Assembly (NCBI GenBank): GCA_963777945.1
Contig: CAVZSN010000006.1
Span: 194,834 to 258,833 of the forward strand
From: an uncultured Actinomycetota bacterium
GTDB lineage: Bacteria; Actinomycetota; Thermoleophilia; RBG-16-64-13
Direction of reading: 5' to 3'
Length of the DNA stretch: 64,000 nt
Part shown: positions 22,912-33,072 of the stretch, one piece after another
How positions within the stretch are numbered: position 1 is the first letter of the stretch
How the letters are laid out: each line of letters starts with the position of its first letter
Translations under genes and position numbers: made by a program
The notes under the pieces: model-generated
What the model saw: the letters and a program-made list of their open reading frames with translations, nothing else
Told to the model about the DNA's origin: nothing
The model's database searches: none

Positions 22912-23554
22912 CTCGCTTCCTCGGTGAGGCGACGCGCGCATTCGTACGCCTCGCGCACGAATGCGCGCAAATCTTCTGCGGCGCCGTCGTTGACGAACAC
23001 CAGGTCGCTCCCCCCACCCGTTGCTCGCTCGAGGCCTGCATAGCCTCGAACTCGCCGAACATATCGAGATCGAACTGGTGGGTCGAGCGCTCGCGTCGGC
23101 GGTCGCTTCCCGCTTCGATAGTGACGACCAGGTCGAAGAGGTCCTGCATCCCCGTTTCGAACAGCAGTGGCACTTCGCAGACCACCACGGACCCTGCCGG
23201 AGCCTCACTGATGAACCGCGCCATCTCCTCCCCCACCAGAGGATGGATAAGTGCTTCGAGCCAGCGGAGTCGCTCCGGATGCCCCCGCACCGCCTCCGCC
23301 AAGCGCCGCCGGTCCACTACGTGGTCGACATCAACGACTTCGGCGCTGAAGTAGCCCTGTAGCGCCTGCCGGACATCGTCCCGCGCATAGAGAGTGTGCA
23401 CGACCTCGTCCGCCGACAGGGTGAGCGCGCCCGAATCCGCGAAGAAGCGCAGGGCTGTGGTCTTGCCGGCCCCGATACCTCCGGTGAGGGCCACAGCCAC
23501 CACCTCTGGTCTCAACTGCGTCAAGCCGCCTCCACAAAGACAGGGAGCGCCCAT
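22908..23554 (-). CDS. coaE: dephospho-CoA kinase, one frame change at a homopolymer
   Basis: P-loop LTGGIGAGKTT. The C-terminus SDLVFVNDGAAEDLRAFVREAYECARRLTEEAR-stop is only read after adding one base at the C6 run 22990-22995. The corrected stop overlaps the next gene's ATG (ATGA). Start codon is uncertain. Confidence 0.8.
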
Positions 23555-23564
23555 AGGCGCCCCC
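23543..23564 (-). terminator. hairpin downstream of rpsA
   Basis: On the minus strand, gggggcgcc-tatg-ggcgctccc is followed by tgtctttgtgg. It lies about 25 nt after the reconstructed rpsA stop. Confidence 0.5.
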
Positions 23565-23589
23565 TCATGATGCCCTATGCACAGGACGG

Positions 23590-25185
23590 TCAGTCTTCTT
23601 CTTTCGCCTCGGGAGTCTCGACGGCTTCCTCAACGGACGCCTCTTCGTCGGCTTCGGCGGCCACCTCGGCCTCGGCCGATTCGGCCTCTGCCGGCTCAGT
23701 CTCTGCCGGTTCGGGATCCGCGACCACTACCACTTCGGCGGCCTCAGGCTCCGCAAGCTCGGTCTCGGCCGCAGGTTCGGTGTCGGCCTCGGGCTCGGCT
23801 GCTCGGGCTCGGCTTCCGCAGTCGGCTCGGCCTCAATGGCAGGTTCGGCTTCCGTCGGCTCGGGCTCCGCAGTCGGCTCGGCCTCCACCGCAGGCTCGGC
23901 CTCGATGGCAGGTTCAGCGTCGGCCGCAGGCTCGACCTCGACCGCCTCGCCGCTCTCCACGACTGCCTCTTCGACGTCGCCTTCCTCCGTCAGCTTCCTC
24001 GAACTCTTCGCCTTCTTCGCCTTCCTCGAGGGCTTCATCAGCAAAGGCGTCCTCGTGGATGCGGTACTCGGGCTCGAGACGTTTGAGGCTCAGCGAGAGA
24101 CGGCGACGTTCCGGATCGATCTCGATGATCTTGACGTTGACCTCTTGGCCCGGTCGCACGATCTCGGACGGATCTTCCACATGATGCTGCGCCAGTTCGG
24201 AGATATGGATCAGGCCCTCGACCCCCTCCTCGATCTCGACGAAGGCGCCGAAGGAGACGAGCTTGGTCACGCGGCCGTGCACGATCTCGTTGACCTGGCG
24301 GTTCTCGAACACCTGCTGCCAGGGATCCTTCTGGGTCTGCTTGAGGCCGAGGGAGATGCGCTGCCGGTCGCGGTCGATGTCGAGCACTCGCACCTCGACC
24401 TTCTGGGCGATGGTGAGTACTTCGGAAGGATGGTTGACGTGGCTCCAGGAGAGCTCCGAGATATGGATGAGCCCGTCGATGCCGTCCAGGTCGACGAACG
24501 CACCGAAGTCCACGATGTTGGAGATGGTGCCGGTGACCAGGTCGCCAACGTTCATCCGGTCGAGGATCTGCTCGCGGGCGCCGCGGCGCTCCTCTTCGAG
24601 TACGGCGCGCCGGCTGAGCACCACGTTGTTACGGAAGCGGTTGAGCTCGATCACCCGACACTCGAGGGTCTGACCCAGGAACTCGTCCAGGTCCGCCACC
24701 CGGCGGATGTCGACGAGCGATGCAGGCAGGAAGCCGCGCACGCCCAAGTCGAGGATGAGACCGCCCTTGACCACCTCGATGACCGACCCGGTGACGGGCG
24801 TGCCCTCCTCGGCGGCCTTCTCGATCCGCTGCCAGGCACGTTCGAACCGTGCCCGCTTGCGGGAGAGGATGAGCCGACCGTCGGCGTCTTCTTTGGTGAG
24901 CACGAGGGCGTCGACGATGTCGCCCACCGAGACCTCTTCAGCAGGATCGACCGACTTTCTTATGGACAGCTCGTTGGCGGGGACCACCCCTTCGCTCTTG
25001 TAGCCGATGTCAACGAGGACTTCGTCCTTGTCCACCCGGACCACCGTCCCGGTGACTATGTCCCCCTCCTCGAAAGTCAAGATCGTCGCGTCGTAGTTGG
25101 GAACCATCTTCCCATCCACTTCGATCATGAGATCTTGGCCACCCTGTAGTGTTTGCTCGTTGTCGTCGGTGTGTTCGTCTGGCAT
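23590..25185 (-). CDS. rpsA: 30S ribosomal protein S1 with a long acidic C-terminal extension; two frame changes in the tail
   Basis: Start at the ATG at 25185 (MPDEHTDD...). Four S1 domains are present (GDIVTGTVVRVD, GTPVTGSVIEVVKGG, GDLVTGTISNIVDFGAFV, EIVHGRVTKLVSFGAFV). The Glu/Ala/Pro tail is read across frames near 23995-24000 and 23798-23803 and ends ...ETPEAKEED-stop at 23590. Confidence 0.9.
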
Positions 25186-25318
25186 GTAGTTTCCGCTTCC
25201 CTTTCCAAAACAATGCACAATTGAGCCATGCCCCCGCATGGCTCACGTGCGGGGTAGTATACGCAGGCGCGGGGGAAAAGCAACCTAGGCGGACGAGGCC
25301 TGTTGCCGCTCCGCAAGC

Positions 25319-28099
25319 CTACTTTGCGGCCAGCCAGTCCGGCCCGATCCCCGCGTCCACACGCAAAGGCGGGTCCATGGGATAGGCGTCGATCATCTCC
25401 TGCACCATCGCCGTCCGCACCGCAGGGGCCTCGCCCTCCGGGACTTCGATGACCAGTTCGTCGTGCACCTGCAGCACCAGCCGGGAGGCGGGGAACTCCT
25501 GTTGGAGCCGGTCGAAACAGTGGATCATCGCCACCTTGATGATATCGGCGGCGCTGCCCTGGATGACTGAGTTGACGGCCAGCCTCTCCCCCAAAGAGCG
25601 CTCGGTGAAACTGGCTGAGGTCAGCTCCGGGATGGGCCGGCGGCGTCCGAACACCGTCGTCGCATAGCCCTGGCGCCGCGCTGTCTCGATGGTGGCCTCG
25701 ATGAAGGCCTTCACGCGCGGAAGGCGCTCGAAGTACTTCTGGATATAGGCTGCCGCCTCCTCCCGTTCGATACCCAGGTTCTGGCTGAGCCCGAACGCGG
25801 AGATCCCGTACATAATGCCGAAGTTGACCGCCTTCGCATACCGGCGGTGGACGGAGTCGACCTGGTCGGGAGACAGACCGAAGACCTCAGCCGCAGTGCG
25901 ATTGTGGATGTCCTCTCCCCGGGCGAGCGCCTCCAGCAGGGCGGGTTCGCCGGACAAGTGGGCCATGATGTGCAGTTCGATCTGAGAGTAGTCGGCTACA
26001 ACGAGCAGGTGGCCCGGCTCGGCGGTGAAGCACTGCCTGATCTGAGCTCCCAGTGCTGTGCGAACGGGGATGTTCTGCAGATTCGGATCGCTCGACGACA
26101 ATCGCCCGGTGGCCGCGACCGTCTGGTGGAAGGTCGTGTGCAGCCTGCCGGTGACCGGATCCACCGCCTGCGGCAGCGCCAGCAGATAGGTCGACATGAG
26201 CTTTGATAGCTCGCGGTGGGTCAAGAGGTGCCCCACGATGGGATGCCGGTCGCGCAGGCTTTCCAGGGTCTTGGCATCGGTGGAGTAGCCGGTCTTCGTC
26301 TTGCGCTGCCGCGCCAAGCCCAGGCGCTCGAAGAGGACGTGGCCGAGTTGCTGAGGCGAGCCGAGGTTGAACGTCTCGCCCGCCAGCTCGTATATGCAGG
26401 CCTCCAACCCCTCCAGTTGGTCCTCGATCTTGCCGGTGATCTCCCCCAACCGGTAGCAGTCGAGGAAGATCCCGGCCGCCTCCATCTCGATCAGGACCCG
26501 GGTGAGCGGCAGCTCGATCTCCTGAAACAGATCCCACATGCCCTGGTCTCGGAGGGCCTCTTGCTGCCCCGCTGCTACAAGGAGGGTGAGCGCCGCGGCG
26601 GCTGAGCCGTCCGCGCCGGACCGGCAGGAGGGAGGCACGACCCCGGCTTCTCGGGCCAGATCGTACAATCCGTACTCTCTCCGGCCCGGGGCAAGCAGGT
26701 AGCCCGCGATGTAGGTGTCGTGCGCCGCACGGGGCGCCAGCGCGTGAAGCGGGGATGACGACTTGAAGTCGTGGCAGGTCACGCCCGTATCCCCGAGGAG
26801 CTCCATCAGCAGGGGCGATGACCGGTCGCGCGCCCCGATCTCGGCCACAGTGAAGGCGGCGTAGTCGGTCGGGTCCGTCACCGGAGCCTGCGCCAGCCAG
26901 AGACTACCGCCGCCGCCCAGCCTGGCACCCTCGGACACGCCGGCCACGGCCCTGTCGCCGACTAAGTCTGCCGCCACGGTCGCGGCCCCGTCCGCGACCA
27001 GACTGGCCGCTGCAGTCGCAGCCGGGTCAGCGGCCACCGCCAAGGGCCTGGAACGGTCGAAGAGGCGCGCCGCCTGCTCCTCCGTCACCGGCCACCGGAC
27101 CGGGATGGGGAGCGCGGGGGCCGCTGGCGACTCGTCCGCTTCTGCTCCCGGGGCAGCGGGCAGCGGCTCGAGCGCCGCCACCCGCTCCAGGAGAGTGTGG
27201 AACTCCAGGCGGGCGAAGATCTCTTCCAGCCGCTCTCTTTGGAGCCTGTGAGGAAGTAGTTCGGTCGTGCGGATGTCGATGGGTGCGTCCTGGTCGAGAC
27301 ACGCCAGCCTTCGGGATAGGAGGGCGAGTTCTCTGTTCTCGCGCAGCAACTCCTGCCTCTTGGGCCCGGCGACCTGGTCGATGTGGTCAAGGACTCCGTC
27401 CAGATCCCCGAACTGTACAAGGAGTTGCGCCGCGGTCTTCTCCCCTATCCCGGGCACACCGGGGATGTTGTCGGACGTGTCCCCTTTCAAGCCGATCAGG
27501 TCGGGGATCAGCCTCGGAGGAACTCCGAACCGCTCTTCCACCGCGGCAGGGTCGTAGATCTTGACCTCTGTGACTCCTCGGGTGTTGGCCATGATGCTGA
27601 CATTGCGCCCTGCCAGTTGCAGGGCGTCACGGTCGCCGGTCACGATATAGGTCTGCCTGCCTTCGGCTTCCGCCTGCCGCGCCAGCGTGGCGAGGATATC
27701 GTCGGCCTCGAAGCCGGGCACCGACAGGTTGACGAAGCCAAAGGCCTCTGCCAGCTCCGGCAGATAGGGCCACTGCTGCGATAGCAGATCGGGCATGGGC
27801 TTGCGCTGCGCCTTGTACTCCTCGAACTCGCCGTGTCTGAAGGTCTTCTCGGGGGAGTCCCAGGCGACGATGACAGCGCCGGGGCGATACTCGGCGAGGA
27901 TCTTGATCACCATCGCGCAGAAGCCGTAGAGGGCGTTGGTGGGAAGCCCGTCGGAGGTGGCTATCTCCTGCGGAAGGGCGAAAAAAGCTCGGTAGGCGAT
28001 ATTGTTCCCGTCCAGCAGGAAGAGGGGTCCCGCGGCAGCAGAGGCTGAAGAGCAGGCCTGCTCCATGTCTCCTACTGTGTGCCCCTCGGGCGGACTCAC
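25319..28099 (-). CDS. polA: DNA polymerase I
   Basis: 926 aa, intact. 5'-nuclease domain (LLDGNNIAYRAFFAL), polymerase motifs (DYSQIELHIMAHLSG, QVHDELV). Start may instead be the internal MEQ at 28066. Confidence 0.97.
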   Translation of the reverse strand: MSPPEGHTVGDMEQACSSASAAAGPLFLLDGNNIAYRAFFALPQEIATSDGLPTNALYGFCAMVIKILAEYRPGAVIVAWDSPEKTFRHGEFEEYKAQRKPMPDLLSQQWPYLPELAEAFGFVNLSVPGFEADDILATLARQAEAEGRQTYIVTGDRDALQLAGRNVSIMANTRGVTEVKIYDPAAVEERFGVPPRLIPDLIGLKGDTSDNIPGVPGIGEKTAAQLLVQFGDLDGVLDHIDQVAGPKRQELLRENRELALLSRRLACLDQDAPIDIRTTELLPHRLQRERLEEIFARLEFHTLLERVAALEPLPAAPGAEADESPAAPALPIPVRWPVTEEQAARLFDRSRPLAVAADPAATAAASLVADGAATVAADLVGDRAVAGVSEGARLGGGGSLWLAQAPVTDPTDYAAFTVAEIGARDRSSPLLMELLGDTGVTCHDFKSSSPLHALAPRAAHDTYIAGYLLAPGRREYGLYDLAREAGVVPPSCRSGADGSAAAALTLLVAAGQQEALRDQGMWDLFQEIELPLTRVLIEMEAAGIFLDCYRLGEITGKIEDQLEGLEACIYELAGETFNLGSPQQLGHVLFERLGLARQRKTKTGYSTDAKTLESLRDRHPIVGHLLTHRELSKLMSTYLLALPQAVDPVTGRLHTTFHQTVAATGRLSSSDPNLQNIPVRTALGAQIRQCFTAEPGHLLVVADYSQIELHIMAHLSGEPALLEALARGEDIHNRTAAEVFGLSPDQVDSVHRRYAKAVNFGIMYGISAFGLSQNLGIEREEAAAYIQKYFERLPRVKAFIEATIETARRQGYATTVFGRRRPIPELTSASFTERSLGERLAVNSVIQGSAADIIKVAMIHCFDRLQQEFPASRLVLQVHDELVIEVPEGEAPAVRTAMVQEMIDAYPMDPPLRVDAGIGPDWLAAK

Positions 28100-29229
28100 G
28101 CCAGCCGGGTCTCTACGCCCGTCTCCGAGACCTCATAGCCGCCCAGTGCGGTGAGTGCCTCGCGGAAGTGAGACGAGGCCACGATCGACCGGAGAGCGTC
28201 GAACGAACCGTCGTCCCAGTGCCGGGCGGATACCACCAGGTCGTAGCGCTCCTCGCCCAGTCGGACAAAATCGAGTCCGTATGCACTGGCCGCTGCCTGG
28301 ATGCCAAGTCCGACCGTGGCCTCGCCTTCGGCGACTGCCCGGGCGACCCCCATGTGGGTGGTCTCTTCCCGGTCGTAACCCGCGACCGATCCGGCATCGA
28401 CACCGGCCCGCTTGAGCTGGACATCCAGCCACACCCTCGTACCCGAACCGGCTTGACGGTTGACGAAGGTGACCCCAGGCCGCGAAAGATCGGCGACCGC
28501 CTGCAGCTTCATGGGATTGCCGGGCGGGACGATGAGCCCCTGCAGGCGCTTGGCCAGGTTGACCACGACCACGGGACGGTTGGGCAGGATGCGCTCCACG
28601 AACGGGAGGTTGTACAGACCCGATGCCTCGTCCCACAGATGCGATCCGGCGATATCTGCCTCGCCCCGGGCCAAGGCCATGAGCCCCCCGAGACTCCCGA
28701 TGAAGTCGGTGGTGAGTGTCACCGGGGGAGCGGCTTCGGCCAGCGAGCGGGCCAGGAGTTCCACCGAAAGGTCGTGGCTGCCCGCAAAGCGAATCGTGGT
28801 CGACAGCAGGCGATCTGCATCCGCGTCCGCTGCACGCGGCATCGTCTTTCGCACCTCCTGCCAGCGGCCTATGGCTGCGGCGAGGGCGGCTTCCGCGTGC
28901 GCAGGACTATGACCCAGCCCTATCGCTTCGAGCAGGTAACTCTCCGCACGATTCACAAGGTCGGCCCACTGCCACTCCGGGGGCGCAAGAAGACCGGAGG
29001 CGCCTCCGGGCATGGCGACTCGTGTGCCGCCTCCGCGGTGGGCGACAACGAGTCCTTCACGTCCCAGGAGGGAATAGGCTCGACTGACGGTGTTGGGGGT
29101 GCACTTCCAGCGCTCGGCCATCACTCGTACGGGCGGCAGACGCTCACCCGGTGACAACTCACCCGAGATGATGAGCCGTCGCATCGTCTCAGCGATCTCT
29201 AGATAGACGAAGTTCTCGCGTTCGGCCAT
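28096..29229 (-). CDS. GntR-type winged-helix regulator fused to a PBP-like (molybdate/tungstate-binding-protein-like) sensor domain
   Basis: The N-terminus has a GntR HTH (LPPVRVMAERWKCTPNTVSRAYSLLGREGLV). The C-terminal ~250 aa resemble the type-2 periplasmic-binding fold found in COG1910-like proteins. The stop overlaps the polA start by 4 nt. Confidence 0.7.
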   Translation of the reverse strand: MAERENFVYLEIAETMRRLIISGELSPGERLPPVRVMAERWKCTPNTVSRAYSLLGREGLVVAHRGGGTRVAMPGGASGLLAPPEWQWADLVNRAESYLLEAIGLGHSPAHAEAALAAAIGRWQEVRKTMPRAADADADRLLSTTIRFAGSHDLSVELLARSLAEAAPPVTLTTDFIGSLGGLMALARGEADIAGSHLWDEASGLYNLPFVERILPNRPVVVVNLAKRLQGLIVPPGNPMKLQAVADLSRPGVTFVNRQAGSGTRVWLDVQLKRAGVDAGSVAGYDREETTHMGVARAVAEGEATVGLGIQAAASAYGLDFVRLGEERYDLVVSARHWDDGSFDALRSIVASSHFREALTALGGYEVSETGVETRLA

Positions 29230-29256
29230 AAGAACCCCGCCTGACAGCGCGGTGGG

Positions 29257-29550
29257 TTACTCGGTCTTGGGAGTCTCAGGACCCGCGTCGACCGCTTCGG
29301 TCTCGGGAGCCTCAGGACCCACGTCGACCGTTTCGGTCTTGGTCGTCGCGGTGTCGCTGACATCCGTGGCCTCTTTGACCTCGGCCATGGTCTCCTTGAG
29401 CTCGTCCTGGCCTTCCTTCATACCCTTCTTGAAGCCCCGAATGGACTTGCCGAGCGAGGATCCGAGTTCGGGCAGCTTGCGGGGACCGAAGATGAGCAGC
29501 ACCAGCACCAAGACGATGGCGATCTCCCAGGGTCCGATCCAGCTGGGCAT
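29257..29550 (-). CDS. tatA: twin-arginine translocase subunit TatA/E
   Basis: MPSWIGPWEIAIVLVLVLLIFGPRKLPELGSSLGKSIRGFKKG is the canonical TatA TM segment plus amphipathic helix. An acidic tail follows. Confidence 0.85.
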   Translation of the reverse strand: MPSWIGPWEIAIVLVLVLLIFGPRKLPELGSSLGKSIRGFKKGMKEGQDELKETMAEVKEATDVSDTATTKTETVDVGPEAPETEAVDAGPETPKTE

Positions 29551-29756
29551 CAGTCAACTCCTTCTTGCCGTCTGCATGCAGCCACCAGAGCGCGCGTGTG
29601 CAGACACGACGTAGCCACGACCTTATTAAACCACACTCCCCTGTGGCGGGTCCTCCCCCCAGGGCGGCTCGGGGCCCAGGTTGACACTCCCCCGGGAGCA
29701 CTCACTATCATTGCCGCCCGTCTGCACTGCGCCGAGGAGAACGGATTGGCGAGACC

Positions 29757-30794
29757 TTGAGACTGCCTCCCTCACAGCCCCTTTCCCGGACCGTCGACCG
29801 GCTGAAGAACACCACTCTCGAGGGGCTCACCGGACTGTCGCACGAGAGCCTCACCGGCATGTTCCGACGGATGAGCCTCATCAGGGAGTTCGAGGAGCAG
29901 TCCGCGGCGCTCTACCGCTCAGGGACCATCCGAGGGGTCACCCACACGTATCAGGGCCAGGAAGCGGTGGCCGTCGGGGCCGTCTGGGCTCTGCGGTCCG
30001 AGGACTATATCTCCTCCACGCATCGCGGCCATGCGCACGTGCTGGCGAAGGGCGCCGACGAGAAGACCTGCATGGCCGAGCTCATGGGCAAAGCCACCGG
30101 CTACTGCAAGGGGCGTGGCGGTTCCATGCACATCGCCGACATGAGCAGGGGCATCCTGGGAGCCAACGGCATCGTGGGGGGAGGGGTCGGCATCGCCGCC
30201 GGGTCGGCGCTTGCGTCGCAGATGCTGGGGAACGGCAGGGTCACCCTGTGCTTTTTCGGCGACGGGGCCCTGAACGAGGGCATCCTCCACGAGGTATCGA
30301 ATCTTGCTGCCATCTGGAGGCTGCCGTGCGTGTTCCTCTGCGAGAACAATCAATACGGCATGAGCGGTTCGGTGGACCAGATGTCGGCCCTTGGGGAGGA
30401 AGGCTTCCTCGGCCGCCCGGCGGGGTACGGGATCCCAGGACTTGAGTGCGACGGCATGGACGTGGTCGACGTGTTTCTCGGCGTGAGAGAGGGCGTGGAG
30501 CGAGCGCGCCGTGGTGAAGGTCCCACCTATGTGGTCGCCCACACCTACCGCTTTCTCGGCCACCACGTCGGCGACCCCCTCACCTACCGGGACAAGGAGG
30601 AGCCCACCCTCTGGAGGGCGCTGGACCCCATACCCAGCTACGGACGACTGCTCGCGGAACAGGGCCTGGCCTCGGCGCAAGACCTGGAGCGGTGGACGGA
30701 TGAGGCGGTCGCAGCCATGAGGGTAGCCGTCGACTTCGCCGAGTCGAGCCCCGATCCAGACCCGGGCACCGTGATGGAGGGGCTGTTCTCGTGA
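29757..30794 (+). CDS. pyruvate/acetoin-type dehydrogenase E1 alpha subunit (TPP-dependent)
   Basis: 345 aa from a TTG start (uncertain). Motifs YRSGTIRGVTHTYQGQEAVAVG and GDGALNEGILHEVSNLAAIWRLPCVFLCENNQYGMS. Confidence 0.85.
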   Translation: MRLPPSQPLSRTVDRLKNTTLEGLTGLSHESLTGMFRRMSLIREFEEQSAALYRSGTIRGVTHTYQGQEAVAVGAVWALRSEDYISSTHRGHAHVLAKGADEKTCMAELMGKATGYCKGRGGSMHIADMSRGILGANGIVGGGVGIAAGSALASQMLGNGRVTLCFFGDGALNEGILHEVSNLAAIWRLPCVFLCENNQYGMSGSVDQMSALGEEGFLGRPAGYGIPGLECDGMDVVDVFLGVREGVERARRGEGPTYVVAHTYRFLGHHVGDPLTYRDKEEPTLWRALDPIPSYGRLLAEQGLASAQDLERWTDEAVAAMRVAVDFAESSPDPDPGTVMEGLFS

Positions 30795-31810
30795 GTGGAC
30801 AGCGGTCGCTGACGTATGCGCAGGCTCTGAACGAGGCTCTCCGCGAGGAGATGCAGCGCGACCCCACCGTGATGCTGTTGGGTGAGGACATAGCCGTGTG
30901 GGGCGGCGGAGGCGTCTTTGGCGTCACCAGGGGACTGCTCGAAGAGTTCGGCCCGGCGCGGGTGCGGGACACTCCCATCTCCGAGGCGGGGTTCACCGGA
31001 ATCGGCCTCGGCGCCGCGCTTGCGGGCCTTCGTCCGGTGGTCGAATACATGTACGTGGACTTCGCCATGCTCGCCATGGACCAGATCTGCAACCAGGCGG
31101 CCAAGATCCGCTGGATGCTCGGCGGTGACGTGGATGTGCCTCTGGTCATCCGCACGCAGCAGGGAGCCGGTAGAGGCAACGGACCCCAGCATTCCCAGAG
31201 CCTGGAGGCGTGGTTCGCTCACACCCCCGGCCTCATCGTGGCTCTCCCCAGTACCCCATATGACGCCAAGGGGTTGCTCAAGACCGCCATCCGGAGCAAC
31301 GATCCCGTGGTGTTCCTGGAACACAAGCTGTTGTATGGCGTGAGCGGACCCGTTCCCGAGACCGACTACACGGTGCCCTTCGGCCAGGCTGCGATCGTTC
31401 GTCAAGGCAGGCATGTCACCTGCGTCGCTGTGTCGCTGATGTGCCAGAAGGCTCTCGAAGCGGCCGCCATCCTCGCCTCCGAAGGCATCGAACTCGAAGT
31501 GATCGATCCCCGGACCTTGGTCCCCTACGACCGACGCACGGTGGCCCGCTCGATCATGAAGACCGGGAGGCTGTTGGTGACCCATCAGTCGCCGGAGAGG
31601 GCCGGCGTGGGGGCCGAGGTGGTCAATTGCGCGCTGGAGGACGCCTTCGACTACTTCGACGCTCCGCCGATAAGGGTCTGCGGTAAGAACGTCCCCATCC
31701 CCTACAACCTAAGCCTCGAGGCTGCGGTGGTCCCGCAGACCGAGGACATAGTGGATGCCGCCCGACGCCTGGTGCGCGGGACGCCCCCCGCAGGAGGAGG
31801 AAGCCCGTGA
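30791..31810 (+). CDS. pyruvate/acetoin-type dehydrogenase E1 beta subunit
   Basis: 339 aa. LLGEDIAVWGGGGVFGVTRGLLEEFGPARVRDTPISEAG. 4-nt overlaps with both neighbours. Confidence 0.9.
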   Translation: MSGQRSLTYAQALNEALREEMQRDPTVMLLGEDIAVWGGGGVFGVTRGLLEEFGPARVRDTPISEAGFTGIGLGAALAGLRPVVEYMYVDFAMLAMDQICNQAAKIRWMLGGDVDVPLVIRTQQGAGRGNGPQHSQSLEAWFAHTPGLIVALPSTPYDAKGLLKTAIRSNDPVVFLEHKLLYGVSGPVPETDYTVPFGQAAIVRQGRHVTCVAVSLMCQKALEAAAILASEGIELEVIDPRTLVPYDRRTVARSIMKTGRLLVTHQSPERAGVGAEVVNCALEDAFDYFDAPPIRVCGKNVPIPYNLSLEAAVVPQTEDIVDAARRLVRGTPPAGGGSP

Positions 31811-33024
31811 TCATCGAGGTGACGATGCCGGTCCTCGGACTGACGATGGAACGGGGCACGATCGTGGCCTGGCTCAAGGAGGTGGGCGAAGAGGTGGCTA
31901 CCGGCGATCCGCTCTTCCTCGTCGAGACCGACAAGGCCACGTCGGACGCGCCCTCCCCCGGCCGCGGAGTCCTAGCCCGGGTCGTCGCGGACGAGGGAGA
32001 GACGGTCGAGGTCGGCTCCCTCGTCGCCTATCTCGCGGAGACCGCGGAGGATCTCAAGGACCTCGAGGATCTCGAGGATCTCGAGCGCGTCCCCCGATCG
32101 GTGGACGTCCCCGGGCCGGTGCCAACCTTGCCCGCCGCCGCCCAACTCGCCGGCGCGCCGAGCACAGTGGATCCGGCGATCGCCGACCCCGCACCGACAC
32201 CCGGATCGGACCGGGTAGTGGCTTCACCACGGGCACGAGCCCGGGCCCGAAGTCTGGGTATCGACCTCAGCACAACGGTTCCCGGCCCCACGCGTCTCAC
32301 CGAAAAGGATGTGATTGCGATGTCGGACGTCAAACCGTTGAGCCGGACCCGGCGCATCATCGCCGAGCGTATGACCCTGTCCGCGACTACGATCCCTCAG
32401 GTGACGTACCGGGTCCGCTGCGACGTTACCGATGCCATGGCTCTTCGGCGGGATCTGAAGACGGGAGACGGTGGCAAGAGGATGGCCGTGTCGTTCGACG
32501 CGCTCGTGGTGCGTGCGGCGGCGCTCGCGCTCGCGGCGATGCCGCAGGTGAACTCCCAATGGGTGGAGGCCCAGGGGATACGCATCCTCCCCCAGATCAA
32601 TATCGCCGTGGCCGTCGATCTCGAGGAGCGCGGCCTGGTCATTCCGGTGGTGCACGACGCCGACCGGCTCGATATCAGAGCCACGGCGGCGGAACTCGAC
32701 CGGCTGGTGGCAGGTGCGCGCGCGGGCAGACTGGGCCCCGACGACTACGCGGGCGCCAGCTTCAGCATCACCAGCTTGGCGGCGCTGGGAGTGGAGAGCT
32801 TCGACCCCCTCATCGTTCCGCCGCAGGCGGCTATCCTGGGAGTCGGGGCGATCCTTCCGGTCCCCATCTTCCAGCAGGACAAGCTGGTCAAGCGCCGCAT
32901 GATCTCGTTGTCGCTCACCACCGATCACCGCATCTTGGATGGAGCGCCCTCCGCGCGCTTCCTCGGCAAAGTCCGCGACCTCCTGGAACGACCCGCGGCG
33001 CTGGCCGAGGGCGCGACGGCCTGA
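31807..33024 (+). CDS. dihydrolipoamide acetyltransferase (E2)
   Basis: 405 aa. Lipoyl domain (VETDKATSD), subunit-binding motif (SPRARARARSLGIDL), catalytic tail (SLTTDHRILDGA). Confidence 0.85.
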   Translation: MIIEVTMPVLGLTMERGTIVAWLKEVGEEVATGDPLFLVETDKATSDAPSPGRGVLARVVADEGETVEVGSLVAYLAETAEDLKDLEDLEDLERVPRSVDVPGPVPTLPAAAQLAGAPSTVDPAIADPAPTPGSDRVVASPRARARARSLGIDLSTTVPGPTRLTEKDVIAMSDVKPLSRTRRIIAERMTLSATTIPQVTYRVRCDVTDAMALRRDLKTGDGGKRMAVSFDALVVRAAALALAAMPQVNSQWVEAQGIRILPQINIAVAVDLEERGLVIPVVHDADRLDIRATAAELDRLVAGARAGRLGPDDYAGASFSITSLAALGVESFDPLIVPPQAAILGVGAILPVPIFQQDKLVKRRMISLSLTTDHRILDGAPSARFLGKVRDLLERPAALAEGATA

Positions 33025-33072
33025 CCGAGCCGGCCGGGCCGCGACCGACTACTCACCCGCCGGACGTCGGAT

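Noticed and set aside
29252-29614. A plus-strand 120-aa ORF lies opposite tatA.
   Set aside because: It is a Ser/Thr/Val-rich antisense shadow of a clear TatA sequence.
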